64,000 nucleotides of DNA from Candidatus Fervidifonticultor sextus (GTDB taxonomy: Bacteria > Sysuimicrobiota > Sysuimicrobiia > Sysuimicrobiales > Humicultoraceae), in the NCBI GenBank assembly GCA_031459875.1, contig JAVKHQ010000014.1:10620-74619 (forward strand), given 5' to 3'. The notes beneath the pieces were generated by a model. The model was not told the DNA's origin. It searched no databases and was given only the letters and a program-made list of their open reading frames with translations. Shown here in pieces: positions 1-10,074 of the stretch (positions within the stretch are counted from its first letter, which is position 1; the number at the start of each line of letters is the position of its first letter). The position numbers and the translations under genes were made by a program.

Positions 1-120
1 CTTTTGGGCACCACACAGCAGGCCGCTCGCTTTCGGCGGCGGAATACCTTGCCTATACAGCCTGGTTTCCATCTGGAGGGTGGACAAAACCGACCAGGGG
101 TCGGCCCGGAGGGAAGTTCC

Positions 121-1041
121 ATGCGGAAGATCGTCATCCTCGGCGGAGGCCCGGCGGGACTGACCGCCGCCATCTACGCCGCCCGCGCCAACCTGGCGCC
201 GCTGGTGGTCGAGGGCGCCGAGGCCGGCGGCCAGCTCATGCTGACGACCCTGGTCGAGAACTACCCGGGGTTCGAGGACGGCATCATGGGGCCGGCCCTC
301 ATGCAGGCGATGCGCAACCAGGCAGAGCGAGTCGGCGTCGAGTTCATCACCGAGGACGCCACAGCGGTTAACTTCCGCCAGCGGCCCTTCGAGATCACCA
401 CGCAGTCGGGGCAGCGCCTGGAGGCTCGCGCTGTGATCGTCGCCACCGGGGCCTCAGCCAGGCTGCTGGGGATTCCCGGCGAGCAGCGGTTGATGGGCCG
501 CGGCGTCTCGACGTGCGCGACCTGCGACGGGTTCTTCTTCCGCAATCGCGACGTGATCGTCGTCGGCGGCGGAGATTCAGCGATGGAGGAAGCGCTTTAC
601 CTGGCGAACCTGGCGAAGTCCGTCACAGTCGTCCACCGCCGCGACCGGCTCCGCGCCAGTAAGATCATGCAGCAACGGGCTTTCGCGCACGCCAGGATCG
701 GCTTCCTCTGGGATACAGTGGTGGAGGACATCTTGGGCGACGGCGTCGTCAGCGGCGTGCGGCTGATGAACCTGAAGACCCGAGAGCGAAGCGAACGGCC
801 GGTCGACGGCGTCTTCGTGGCCATCGGGCACATCCCGAACACCGCGCTCTTCAAAGGGCAACTCGAACTGGATGAACAGGGCTACATCAAACTGCGCGAG
901 CGGTCCCACACCAGCATCGAGGGCGTCTTCGCTGCCGGCGACGTGCACGACCACACCTACCGGCAGGCGGTCACCGCCGCCGGGTTCGGCTGCATGGCGG
1001 CCATGGATGCCGAGCGCTGGCTGCAGGGGCAGGAACCGTGA
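121..1041 (+). CDS. trxB: Thioredoxin-disulfide reductase
   Basis: GGGPAG FAD motif, CATC redox motif, GGGDSA NADPH motif; ATG at 121. Confidence 0.97.
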   Translation: MRKIVILGGGPAGLTAAIYAARANLAPLVVEGAEAGGQLMLTTLVENYPGFEDGIMGPALMQAMRNQAERVGVEFITEDATAVNFRQRPFEITTQSGQRLEARAVIVATGASARLLGIPGEQRLMGRGVSTCATCDGFFFRNRDVIVVGGGDSAMEEALYLANLAKSVTVVHRRDRLRASKIMQQRAFAHARIGFLWDTVVEDILGDGVVSGVRLMNLKTRERSERPVDGVFVAIGHIPNTALFKGQLELDEQGYIKLRERSHTSIEGVFAAGDVHDHTYRQAVTAAGFGCMAAMDAERWLQGQEP

Positions 1042-1053
1042 GGGTCGGGCGAC

Positions 1054-1392
1054 CTAGCGCGCCTGCGCCTGCAGCGCGCCCTCCACGCGACGCTTCAATT
1101 CGGGTTTGGGCATGTAGCCCACGATCCGCTCCACCATCTGACCGCCCCTGAACACCCCCAGGGTCGGAATGCTCATGATCTGGTACCGCATGGCGAGGGT
1201 TTGATTGTCGTCGACGTCCACCTTCGCGACTTTCATCCGTCCGTCGTACTCTGCAGCGAACTCCTCCACAATGGGCGCAATCAGCCGGCACGGGCCGCAC
1301 CACGCCGCCCAGAAATCCACCAGGACCGGCACGTCGGCTTTGAGCACCTCCTCCTCGAACGTCTGCTCCGTCACCGCGATTGGCTTGGCCAT
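1054..1392 (-). CDS. trxA: Thioredoxin
   Basis: WCGPC motif; AGGAGGAG RBS upstream of ATG at 1392; convergent with trxB. Confidence 0.97.
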   Translation of the reverse strand: MAKPIAVTEQTFEEEVLKADVPVLVDFWAAWCGPCRLIAPIVEEFAAEYDGRMKVAKVDVDDNQTLAMRYQIMSIPTLGVFRGGQMVERIVGYMPKPELKRRVEGALQAQAR

Positions 1393-1641
1393 TCCCTGCT
1401 CCTCCTTCAGACACAACCCGGCGGACGTTGCCGCCGGGTACGATAACCGTCCCCCCACACTAGGGTATTCCCGCCGGAGCGTCCATCAAGCCTCGTCGCC
1501 TGTCCATGTCCACCGCCTGTCCCGAGGAGGGCACCGCATTGAAGGCTTCCGGGGGTCGGGCGCCGTATTCCTTCCCCCGATGAATGCAGCGTCGGTCCCA
1601 CCACCGAACGCCGAAGACCATCACACCTGGAGGGAGACACC

Positions 1642-2187
1642 ATGACGCGAGCCTTGAAGACGCTGCTACCTGCAGCACTCGTCCTCTGCCTGACCCTCGC
1701 CCCGCTGGGATACGCACAGATGCGGGTCCAGCTTCCGGCCGGGACCCAGGTCCCCCTGGCCTTCGTGACGCGCGTGGACTCCAGCACCGCCCGAGAGGGC
1801 GAGGCGGTAGCCTTCACCGTGGCCTCCGACGTCCTGATCGAGCGCCACGCCGTCATCCGGAAGGGCTCGACCGCGCAGGGCCTGGTCGTCTCCGTAACGC
1901 CGCCTGGGATCTTCGGGCGGAACGCCCGCGTGCACATCGCCTTTGTCCAGGTGGTGGCCGCAGACGGCCTCCCCATCAGGCTCGCCCCGATCGACGTGAC
2001 CCCGGACAATCTGCGGGAAGCCCGGGACGCCGCCGGTGCCGCGGGCGCCAGCGTGGCCGGCCTCATCCTCCTGGGCCCGATCGGGGTGGCCGCCGGTGCG
2101 CTGGTCCGAGGCGGGCACGTGACGATTCCGCCGGGAGCCGTCGCGGTGACGTCCACCATCGCGTCGGCCCAGGTCACGCTGCCGTAG
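1642..2187 (+). CDS. Secreted hypothetical protein with a TrbI/VirB10-like beta-rich domain and glycine-zipper segment
   Basis: N-terminal signal peptide; LPAGT..V.F.V..DV..IRKGS.A.G pattern; GAAGASVAG..GPIGVAAG; GGAGG RBS. Confidence 0.55.
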   Translation: MTRALKTLLPAALVLCLTLAPLGYAQMRVQLPAGTQVPLAFVTRVDSSTAREGEAVAFTVASDVLIERHAVIRKGSTAQGLVVSVTPPGIFGRNARVHIAFVQVVAADGLPIRLAPIDVTPDNLREARDAAGAAGASVAGLILLGPIGVAAGALVRGGHVTIPPGAVAVTSTIASAQVTLP

Positions 2188-2203
2188 CGGGCAGAGACCG
2201 GCG

Positions 2204-2734
2204 CTAGAACGCCAGGGCCGCGGCCGCAGCCAGGAGGACCAGGAACACCGCGGCCCCGCTCAGGCAGCCGATCCGGCGGCCTCCGCCGGCCTCCCGGTGC
2301 CGCCGAAAGGGAGCCCGCGCGGCCAGCCGCGTGGCCTTCTTCATGGCCGCGATGGCCTCGCCGGTCCGGCCCATCTGTTTGTACAGCCCGCCGAGGTTCT
2401 GGTGGGCGATCCAGTAGTCGGGATCCGCGGCGATCGCGCGCTGATAGGCCTGGAGGGCTTCCTCCAGCCTCCCGGTCTCGCGGTAGACGTTGCCCAGGTT
2501 GCTCCACGCCGGGGCGTGCGCGGGATCCAACGTCACCGCACGCACGAAGGCCTGCTCGGCCTCGGCGAGACGGCGTTGGTGGACCAGGGCCACCCCGAGC
2601 TTGCTGTGGGCAGTGGCCGTAGGCGGGCCGGCCTCGAGCGCGCGGTGAAAGGCGGCCTCGGCCTCGGCCCACTCGCCGGCCTCCAGGTGGCGCTCCCCCT
2701 GGATTAGGTGGATGTCGGCGGGCGTCTTGGCCAT
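2204..2734 (-). CDS. TPR-repeat protein with C-terminal hydrophobic anchor
   Basis: Repeated A..NLG..Y...G...EA motifs; C-terminal GCLSGAAVFLVLLAAAAALAF. Confidence 0.8.
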   Translation of the reverse strand: MAKTPADIHLIQGERHLEAGEWAEAEAAFHRALEAGPPTATAHSKLGVALVHQRRLAEAEQAFVRAVTLDPAHAPAWSNLGNVYRETGRLEEALQAYQRAIAADPDYWIAHQNLGGLYKQMGRTGEAIAAMKKATRLAARAPFRRHREAGGGRRIGCLSGAAVFLVLLAAAAALAF

Positions 2735-2816
2735 CAGGCTGTGATTCAGTGGTTCTGCGACCACCTGGCCGGGCCCTGCGGATCGATTCAGGGCCGGGCC
2801 GGCCCGCCGGCCCCGC

Positions 2817-3263
2817 CTATGACGCGGCCGCCCAGAGGGGCAGATCGGCGCAAGAGGACTGACCCGGGCGCGCCCAGGCCCCCGCGCGGGACGCGGCCGC
2901 GGCCGCGTCGGGATCGCAGGCCGGGGCCAGGTAGAGGATCTCGGCGGACCGGAAGAGGTGGAGCAGTGCACGCACCTGGAGGTAACCGCCAAGCGCCCCG
3001 ACCGGAACCGCCGAGCGGCCCGCGATCTGGGAGGCCACGTCGGCATCGCCGACACCCACGACCACCTTCCGCGCACGCAGCCGCCGGGCCTCGCCCAGGG
3101 CGAGCAGGACCGCCCTGTAGGCGGGCGGGACCGGATCGCCGCCTCGCAGCCGCCGGACCACCACCCGCCGCCCGGCGCCGTCCTCCCAGCGGAGGGCCGC
3201 TGCGCACACGCCGTGCCATCCGGGTCCCGCACACCATGCGGTCGCAACACGCAGCGTGCGCAC
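2817..3263 (-). CDS. Degenerate RNase HI-like (RVT_3-like) protein
   Basis: AYRAVLLALGEARRL..VVVGVGDADVASQIAG..V..L..Y..L...F resembles the RNase HI-like core; GTG overlaps the upstream TAG. Confidence 0.6.
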   Translation of the reverse strand: MRTLRVATAWCAGPGWHGVCAAALRWEDGAGRRVVVRRLRGGDPVPPAYRAVLLALGEARRLRARKVVVGVGDADVASQIAGRSAVPVGALGGYLQVRALLHLFRSAEILYLAPACDPDAAAAASRAGAWARPGQSSCADLPLWAAAS

Positions 3264-3370
3264 TACCAGGGCCTCTCCAGCAGGGCGGCCGCCACGAGGC
3301 AGGCGGTGAGGATCAGGACCTTCAGCCTGATCGCCCGGCGGTCGTCGGAGAACCGGGCCCACAGGGTCAC
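3263..3370 (-). CDS. Small 35-aa single-TM peptide downstream of lexA
   Basis: MTLWARFSDDRRAIRLKVLILTACLVAAALLERPW; GTGA overlap with lexA stop and TAGTG overlap with the next gene. Confidence 0.6.
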   Translation of the reverse strand: MTLWARFSDDRRAIRLKVLILTACLVAAALLERPW

Positions 3371-3999
3371 GCCCGGGCCTCCAGCGGGTGGTAGCGTCGC
3401 AGCAACCCCACCACCTTGCCGATGACCTCGAAGTCGCCGTGGATGGGCGCGTAGGCCGGATTCTCGGCGCACAGACACGGCCGTCCGTCTGCGACGGCCA
3501 GCCGCTTGACGGTGGCCTCGGTACCCTGGAGTGCCACGACGATCTCGCCGGGATCCGCGGTAGGCTGACAGCGAACGATGACCAGATCGCCGTCGAAGAT
3601 CCCGGCCCCGATCATGCTGTCCCCACGCACGGTGAGCAGGAAACTCTCGTCACTCCAGCCGACGAAGCGCCGGGGGACCGGAATCGTCTCCTCGATATGC
3701 TCGTCGGCCAGGACCGGCACGCCAGCCGATACACGGCCGACCAGGGGGAGCGAAACCACCTCGTCGTCGTTTTGGAGCGCGTTGCGGTCGATAATCTCCA
3801 GGACCCGCATCCGCTCGCCGTCTCGCCGGAGGTATCCCTTGCGGGCCAGGGCGGTCAGGTGCTGGTGGACCGTGGAGGGCGAGCGCATCCCCAGGGCCAT
3901 CCCGATCTCGCGGACAGAGGGCACTATGCCAGTGCTCCGAATGTTCCGGACGATGTGGTTCAGGATCTGCTGCTGGCGCAACGTCAACGGTTTCTTCAT
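3367..3999 (-). CDS. lexA: SOS repressor LexA
   Basis: PSVREI..SPSTV wHTH, VSAG cleavage site, GDSM Ser and TVKR Lys; GAGGAGG RBS. Confidence 0.96.
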   Translation of the reverse strand: MKKPLTLRQQQILNHIVRNIRSTGIVPSVREIGMALGMRSPSTVHQHLTALARKGYLRRDGERMRVLEIIDRNALQNDDEVVSLPLVGRVSAGVPVLADEHIEETIPVPRRFVGWSDESFLLTVRGDSMIGAGIFDGDLVIVRCQPTADPGEIVVALQGTEATVKRLAVADGRPCLCAENPAYAPIHGDFEVIGKVVGLLRRYHPLEARA

Positions 4000-4027
4000 C
4001 GGGGGCCTCCTCACGCCCCCAGAATAG

Positions 4028-4041
4028 CGAACAGACGTACG
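4028..4041. promoter_or_regulatory. Putative LexA operator 1 (CGAACAGACGTACG)
   Basis: One mismatch to Gram-positive SOS box CGAAC-N4-GTTCG, directly upstream of lexA. Confidence 0.75.
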
Positions 4042-4063
4042 TATATCAACTCCCGCCTAATGG

Positions 4064-4077
4064 CGAACATATGTACG
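4064..4077. promoter_or_regulatory. Putative LexA operator 2 (CGAACATATGTACG)
   Basis: Second copy with identical CGAAC and GTACG arms. Confidence 0.75.
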
Positions 4078-4137
4078 ACACTTTGGAAACGGCAAAAACT
4101 GGAGGGATATCCCTTCAAAACACCGCCGGGCTCCCTC

Positions 4138-5082
4138 TTACGCGCCCGGACGGCTCAGGAGAACGGAAAGGAGCGCTGGATCAAGGTTCCCGCCGCTGAC
4201 GACCGCCAGCGCCGGGCGCTGCGGAACCATCCCCGACACCAGGGCGGCCACCGCGATGGCCCCGGAGGGCTCAACCACCAGGTGGGCCTCCAGACAGAGG
4301 CGCCGGACGGCCTCCAGCACCGCCTCGTCGCTCACCGCCACGAAGCCGTCCACCACTTTGGAGGCGGCCTCCCAGGTCAGCACACCCGGCCGCTGGACCC
4401 GCAGCCCGTCGCAGATCGTGTCCACAGAGGATACCGCAACCCTGGCCCCTGCGGCCCGCGAGGCGGCAAACCGCGCCACGCGCTGCGGCTCGGCGCCCAC
4501 GACCCTGATCTCGGGACGCAGCGCCTTGACGGCCAGCGCCACCCCCGAGATGAGCCCGCCGCCGCTCACCGGCACGACCACGGCGGCCAGATCGACGCAT
4601 TGTTCGACGATCTCCAGCCCGCAGGTCCCCTGCCCGGCGATCACGAGGGGATCGTCGAACGACGGCACCATGTGCAGGCCACGTTCTTCCGCCAGACGCT
4701 GCGCCAGGGCATGGCGCTCCTCCATGGTCGTCCCGCACCGGTGCAACTCGGCTCCGTACCCTACGATCGCCTGCGCCTTCACCGGGTTGACCGTTTCGGG
4801 GACGACCACAACGGCCGGGATGCCCAGGCGCGCGGCCACGTAGGCGACGGCCTGCCCGTGGTTCCCCGAGGACGCCGTGATGACGCCGCGGATTCCCCCC
4901 GCCAAGGCGCGCACATGGTTGGCCGCCCCCCGCACCTTGAAGGCGCCGGTGGGCTGCAGACTCTCGAGTTTCAGCAGCAACCCTCCGGCGGCCTCCCAGG
5001 AGACGACCGGAGTGCGGTGGGCAATCCCCTCGATCCGCCGGGCGGCGGCGCGGATGTCGCCGAGGTCGGGCAGCGCGGTCAC
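4138..5082 (-). CDS. PLP-dependent threonine/serine dehydratase (catabolic type)
   Basis: [37 protein letters not shown] motifs; GTGA overlap with gcvPB. Confidence 0.9.
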   Translation of the reverse strand: MTALPDLGDIRAAARRIEGIAHRTPVVSWEAAGGLLLKLESLQPTGAFKVRGAANHVRALAGGIRGVITASSGNHGQAVAYVAARLGIPAVVVVPETVNPVKAQAIVGYGAELHRCGTTMEERHALAQRLAEERGLHMVPSFDDPLVIAGQGTCGLEIVEQCVDLAAVVVPVSGGGLISGVALAVKALRPEIRVVGAEPQRVARFAASRAAGARVAVSSVDTICDGLRVQRPGVLTWEAASKVVDGFVAVSDEAVLEAVRRLCLEAHLVVEPSGAIAVAALVSGMVPQRPALAVVSGGNLDPALLSVLLSRPGA

Positions 5083-6545
5083 GCGCGGCTCATCACGCCC
5101 GGCCTGGGGCGCCACCGCAGGTTGGGCTTCCGCGCGGCGGTCACCTCGTCGAGACGGCCGACCACGGTGCGGTGCGGCGCGGTCCGCACCACCTCGGGGT
5201 CGGCGGCACACTCCGCGGCCACCCGGATCATCGCCTCGGCAAACGCATCCAGGGTCTGCCGGCTCTCGGTCTCGGTCGGCTCGATCATGATGGCTTCGTC
5301 CACGATGAGGGGGAAGTAGATGGTCGGCGCGTGGAACCCGTAGTCCAGCAGGCGTTTGGCGATATCGAGGGTGCGCACCCCGTGTTGGACCTTCTGCCGC
5401 CGGCCGGAGAGGACGAACTCGTGCATGCACACCCGGTCGTAGGGCAGGTCGTAGTGCTCCCGTAACTTCGCCAGCAGGTAGTTGGCGTTGAGTACGGCGG
5501 CCTCGGATACCTGCCGCAACTGCGGCCCGTAGGACCGTAGATACGCATAGGCGCGGACCAGGACCCCGAAGTTCCCGCCGAAGGCCCGCAGCCGCCCGAT
5601 GGACTTGGGGCGCGCCTCATCCAGGACGAACCGGTCGCCGACGCGCTCGACGGTCGGCACCGGCAAGTACGGCTCCAGGATGCGCTTCACCGCCACCGGC
5701 CCGGCGCCGGGCCCGCCCCCGCCGTGGGGCGTGCTGAAGGTCTTGTGGACGTTCATGTGCATCACATCGAACCCCTGGTCCCCGGGCCGCGTGATGCCCA
5801 GCACCGCGTTGAAATTCGCACCGTCCAGGTACATCAGCCCGCCGCACCCGTGGATGATCTCGGCGACCTCCAGCACGGACTCCTCGAACAGTCCCAGGGT
5901 GTTGGGGTTGGTCAGCATCAGGGCCGCCACGCTGGTGTCCGCCACGCGGCGCAGCGCGTCGCGGTCGATATTCCCGCGGGCATCGCTGGGGACGGTGACC
6001 ACCTGGAACCCGCACATGGCAGCCGACGCCGGGTTGGTCCCGTGGGCCGAGTCAGGGACGATCACGCGCGTCCGCCGTTCGCCCCGGTCCTCGAGGTAGG
6101 CCCGGATCATCATCAGGCTGGTCAGTTCGCCATGGGCGCCGGCCGACGGCTGGAATGTCACCCGGTCCATCCCGCTGATCTCGCACAGCATCTGCTCCAG
6201 GTGCCACAGCAGTTCCAGGGCGCCCTGGGCCTGGTCGACGGGGGTGTTGGGGTGCAGCCGCGCGAACCCCGGCAGCCGCGCGGCGTCCTCATTAACCTTC
6301 GGATTGTACTTCATGGTGCACGACCCCAGCGGGTAGAACCCCACGTCGACAGCGTAGTTGCGCTGGGAGAGCCGTGTGTAGTGGCGGACCAGGTCTGGCT
6401 CGCTGACCTCCGGGAGCGCCGGCGGCTCCCGACGCAGGTGGACCCCGACGATCTCTTCCAGCGGGACCTCCGGAACGTCGGGGTCGGGCAGCGAGACCGC
6501 GGTGCGGCCCGGGACACTGAGCTCGAAGATCAGGGAGGCGCTCAC
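5079..6545 (-). CDS. gcvPB: Glycine dehydrogenase subunit 2
   Basis: [37 protein letters not shown]. Confidence 0.96.
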   Translation of the reverse strand: MSASLIFELSVPGRTAVSLPDPDVPEVPLEEIVGVHLRREPPALPEVSEPDLVRHYTRLSQRNYAVDVGFYPLGSCTMKYNPKVNEDAARLPGFARLHPNTPVDQAQGALELLWHLEQMLCEISGMDRVTFQPSAGAHGELTSLMMIRAYLEDRGERRTRVIVPDSAHGTNPASAAMCGFQVVTVPSDARGNIDRDALRRVADTSVAALMLTNPNTLGLFEESVLEVAEIIHGCGGLMYLDGANFNAVLGITRPGDQGFDVMHMNVHKTFSTPHGGGGPGAGPVAVKRILEPYLPVPTVERVGDRFVLDEARPKSIGRLRAFGGNFGVLVRAYAYLRSYGPQLRQVSEAAVLNANYLLAKLREHYDLPYDRVCMHEFVLSGRRQKVQHGVRTLDIAKRLLDYGFHAPTIYFPLIVDEAIMIEPTETESRQTLDAFAEAMIRVAAECAADPEVVRTAPHRTVVGRLDEVTAARKPNLRWRPRPGVMSRA

Positions 6546-7915
6546 CGGATGACCTCCGCCACCGCGTCGGCCAGGGCATCGATCTGAGCGCGGCTGCGCG
6601 CTTCGGTCACACAGACCAGCCAGCCGTCGGCCAGGTCTGGGTACCACCGACCCAGCGCCAGACCGCCCAGGATGCCGTGGTCGAGGAGGCGCGCGTTGAG
6701 ATCCTCCGGAGGGATCGGCGTCCGCAGCACGAACTCGTTGAACACCGGCGCCGCAAACGCCGGACGCACGCCCGGAACCGCGCACAGCCGCGTCTTCGCG
6801 TAGTGCGCGCGCCGGGCGTTCACCTCGGCCACCCGACGGATGCCCTGCGGCCCCAGCGCCGCCATGTAGACCGCCGCGGCCAGCGCGTTGAGGGCCTCGT
6901 TGGTGCAGATGTTGCTGGTCGCCTTCTCACGCCGGATGTGCTGCTCGCGGGTCTGCAGGGTGAGCACGAACCCGCGGCGGCCGCTGTGGTCGGTCGTCAT
7001 GCCGACCAGGCGCCCCGGCATCCGGCGCACGAACTGGTCCCGCGTGGCCAGCATGCCCAGGTAGGGTCCCCCGAAGTTGAGGGGATTGCCCAGCGGCTGC
7101 CCCTCGCCGGCCACGATGTCGGCGCCGTAGGCGCCCGGCGGGACAACCAGGCCCAGGCTGATCGGCTCGGCCACCGCTACAACGAACAGCGCGCCGGCCT
7201 CGTGGGCCGCCGCCGCCAGGCCAGGGCCGTCTTCCAGACACCCGAACACGTTGGGCGACTGGACGATCACCGCGGCGGTGCGCGGGCCGATCGTCTCTGC
7301 CACCTGGGCGGCCGGTGTCAGGCCGTGGCGGTGCGGGATCGTCCGGACCTCGATGCCCAGGTGCCGCGTGTAGGTCCGCAGGGTCTCCCGATAGTACGGG
7401 TGGACCGCCGACGAGACGACGATCTCGTCGCGTCGGGCCAGGTCGCGGGCCATCACCGCGGCCTCGCCGACCGCGCTGGCCCCATCGTACATCGAGGCGT
7501 TGGCCACATCCATGCCGGTCAGTTCGCACAACATCGTCTGGTACTCGTAGGCGGCCTGCAGCTCACCCTGCATGACCTCTGCCTGGTAGGGGGTGTAGGC
7601 GGTGTAGAACTCCGCGCGGCCGGCCAGGTGCCAGACCACGCTGGGGATGACGTGGTCGTAGGCCCCCCCACCCAGAAAGCAGACCAGCCGGTCGGCGTGG
7701 CCGTTACGCTCGGCGAGGCCGCGCAGGTGGGCCAGCAGGTCGGCATCCGAGAGCGCAGGGGGCAACGCCAGCGGCCGGCGCAGGCGGACCTCGGTCGGGA
7801 TGTCCTCGAACAGTTCCTCAATGGACGCTCGACCGACGACGCGCAGCATCTCTGCGCGATCCTCAGCCGTCATCGGCAGGTACTTGTGGGGATGCCACGC
7901 AGCGGCGTCGTTCAT
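6542..7915 (-). CDS. gcvPA: Glycine dehydrogenase subunit 1
   Basis: [34 protein letters not shown]. Confidence 0.96.
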   Translation of the reverse strand: MNDAAAWHPHKYLPMTAEDRAEMLRVVGRASIEELFEDIPTEVRLRRPLALPPALSDADLLAHLRGLAERNGHADRLVCFLGGGAYDHVIPSVVWHLAGRAEFYTAYTPYQAEVMQGELQAAYEYQTMLCELTGMDVANASMYDGASAVGEAAVMARDLARRDEIVVSSAVHPYYRETLRTYTRHLGIEVRTIPHRHGLTPAAQVAETIGPRTAAVIVQSPNVFGCLEDGPGLAAAAHEAGALFVVAVAEPISLGLVVPPGAYGADIVAGEGQPLGNPLNFGGPYLGMLATRDQFVRRMPGRLVGMTTDHSGRRGFVLTLQTREQHIRREKATSNICTNEALNALAAAVYMAALGPQGIRRVAEVNARRAHYAKTRLCAVPGVRPAFAAPVFNEFVLRTPIPPEDLNARLLDHGILGGLALGRWYPDLADGWLVCVTEARSRAQIDALADAVAEVIR

Positions 7916-8298
7916 TCGCCCTCCGATCCGACCAAGCGCGCATACGCATCGGCATCCAGGAGCTGGTCCCAGTCGGCGCCAGCGGTAGGTTCGACCACAA
8001 TCATCCACGCGGCGCCGTGGGGATCCTGGTTGATGAGTTCCGGGTTGTCGATCAGCGCCTGGTTCACCTCGATTACCCGGCCCGAGACCGGCGCGTACAG
8101 GTCGCTGGCGGCCTTCACCGATTCCACGACGCCGAAGGGCTCGGCAGCCCGCACCTCCGCCCCAACCTTCGGCAGTTCAATGAACACCACGTCGCTGAGC
8201 CGCTCGGCGGCGAACGCCGTCACGCCGATGCGGACGCGGCCGTCCTCCCGCTTGGCCCACTCGTGCTCGCGCGTGTACCGCCGGTCGTTCGGATACAT
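7912..8298 (-). CDS. gcvH: Glycine cleavage H protein
   Basis: HEW motif and VESVKAASD lipoyl-lysine motif. Confidence 0.96.
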   Translation of the reverse strand: MYPNDRRYTREHEWAKREDGRVRIGVTAFAAERLSDVVFIELPKVGAEVRAAEPFGVVESVKAASDLYAPVSGRVIEVNQALIDNPELINQDPHGAAWMIVVEPTAGADWDQLLDADAYARLVGSEGE

Positions 8299-8301
8299 GC
8301 T

Positions 8302-9420
8302 TCACCTCACTGCCCCGGACCGGGCGCGTCGGTAGAACGGGAGCCGCACCACCTGGGCCTGCGCCCTCTTCCCCCGGACGTCGATCTCGATGCGCGTGCC
8401 CGCTGGGGCCGCTTCCACGGAAACGTAGCCCATGCCGATCGGTCGGCGCAGCGTCGGGGCGAACGTGCCGCTGGTCACTTCGCCGATCCGCCGCGCCCCG
8501 CTCCAGATGGTGCACCCGTGGCGGGGGATCGTCCGGTCCGCGACGTCAAAGCCCACCAGCCGCCGCTTCGGACCCTCGGCCCGCTGCCGGACCAGGGCCT
8601 CGCGACCGATGAAGTCACCCTTGTCGAACTTCACCGTCCACCCCAGCGGAGCCTCCAGAGGCGACGTGGTTTCGTCGATGTCCTGCCCGTAGAGCATGAA
8701 CCCGGCCTCGAGCCGCAGCGTATCCCGCGCACCCAGTCCGACCGGCACCACGCCGTGCGGCCGCCCGGCTTCCAGCAGCGCCTCCCAGACCCGCGGCGCC
8801 GCCTCCCAGGCGCACGCGATCTCAAATCCATCTTCCCCCGTGTAGCCGGTACGGGACACCGTCGTGCGGACACCGGCCAGCGGAACGTCAAAAACCATGT
8901 GAAACGCCGGCAGACGATCAAACCGGTGACCGCTGGCATCGTCCAGGACCGTTTCAGCCCGAGGCCCCTGCAGCGCCAGCAGGGCGACCTCCTCCGACAC
9001 GTCGCGGACGGTCGCCGCCCCGGCGTGTTCGCGGATCCATACTAGGTCTTTGGCGCAGGTGGCCGCGTTCACCACCAGGAGGTAGGCCTGCTCACCGACC
9101 CGGAACACCGTGAGGTCGTCCACGATACCTCCCGACGACAGGCACATGGGCGAGTACAGTCCCGACCCGACGGCGAGCCGCGCTGCATCGTTGGTGATCA
9201 GGCGCTGGACCGCCGACAGCGCCTGCGGACCGTCGATGCGGATCTCGCCCATGTGCGAGACGTCGAACAAACCGGCCCGCGTCCGCACGGCCTGGTGCTC
9301 CTCCGTGATCTCGGTGTACTGCACCGGCAACTGCCACCCAGCAAACGTCACCATGCGACCGCCCGCAGCGCGGTGGGCGTCGTAGAGCGAGGTGCGACGC
9401 GGGGTCGGCTCCGCCTCCAT
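8302..9420 (-). CDS. gcvT: Aminomethyltransferase (glycine cleavage T protein)
   Basis: FDVSHMG, RTGYTGEDGFE, GLGARDTLRLEAG. Confidence 0.96.
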   Translation of the reverse strand: MEAEPTPRRTSLYDAHRAAGGRMVTFAGWQLPVQYTEITEEHQAVRTRAGLFDVSHMGEIRIDGPQALSAVQRLITNDAARLAVGSGLYSPMCLSSGGIVDDLTVFRVGEQAYLLVVNAATCAKDLVWIREHAGAATVRDVSEEVALLALQGPRAETVLDDASGHRFDRLPAFHMVFDVPLAGVRTTVSRTGYTGEDGFEIACAWEAAPRVWEALLEAGRPHGVVPVGLGARDTLRLEAGFMLYGQDIDETTSPLEAPLGWTVKFDKGDFIGREALVRQRAEGPKRRLVGFDVADRTIPRHGCTIWSGARRIGEVTSGTFAPTLRRPIGMGYVSVEAAPAGTRIEIDVRGKRAQAQVVRLPFYRRARSGAVR

Positions 9421-10061
9421 CAGCCCTCCCGCCACCGGCTCCGGGCGGCCAGCAAGCCGATCACTTCGTCGTCTTCGATCTGCCGGAAGTCCTCGTAGAA
9501 CTGCCCGACCGCATGGAACAGGGAGGGGGTGGCCAGGCAGACAACCTCGTCCGCTTCGCGGGCCAGCCGCCCCACACTCTCGGGAGGCGCCACGGGAACG
9601 GCGACCACCAGGTGCGAGGGCTCCAGGGCCCGCGCGGCGCGCAGCGCGGCGACCATGGTCGCCCCGGTCGCGATCCCGTCGTCGGTGACGATGGCGGTGT
9701 ATCCGGCCATCGGCGGCAACGGCCGGCCGTTCCGGTAGACCTGGATCCGCCGGACGATCTCAGCGCGCTGCGCCTCGATCTCCTGGTCCAGGTAGGCCTG
9801 AGGAACGCCGTGGGCGATCTCTTCATCGACGAACACCGCGCCGCCCTCCGCGACCGCGCCAATGGCCAGTTCCGGGTTGAAGGGGGCGCGCAGTTTGCGC
9901 GGGACGATCACGTCCATGGGCGCCCCGAGGGCATCGGCCACCTGGCGACCGATCACCACGCCGCCGCGGGGGACCGCCAGCACGTAGGGACGGCGCTCAC
10001 GCAGGTGCACCAGGGCGGCGGCCAGTTGACGGCCTGCATCACACCGATCCCTAAACACCAT
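9420..10061 (-). CDS. Phosphoribosyltransferase family protein
   Basis: FRDR..AG, PRGGV, DDGIATGAT, VGQFY.DF.Q. Confidence 0.9.
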   Translation of the reverse strand: MVFRDRCDAGRQLAAALVHLRERRPYVLAVPRGGVVIGRQVADALGAPMDVIVPRKLRAPFNPELAIGAVAEGGAVFVDEEIAHGVPQAYLDQEIEAQRAEIVRRIQVYRNGRPLPPMAGYTAIVTDDGIATGATMVAALRAARALEPSHLVVAVPVAPPESVGRLAREADEVVCLATPSLFHAVGQFYEDFRQIEDDEVIGLLAARSRWREG

Positions 10062-10074
10062 TGCCGCGCCGTCC

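Noticed and set aside
9420..9600. Glycine riboswitch upstream of gcvT
   Set aside because: The gcvT start overlaps the upstream gene's stop, leaving no leader.
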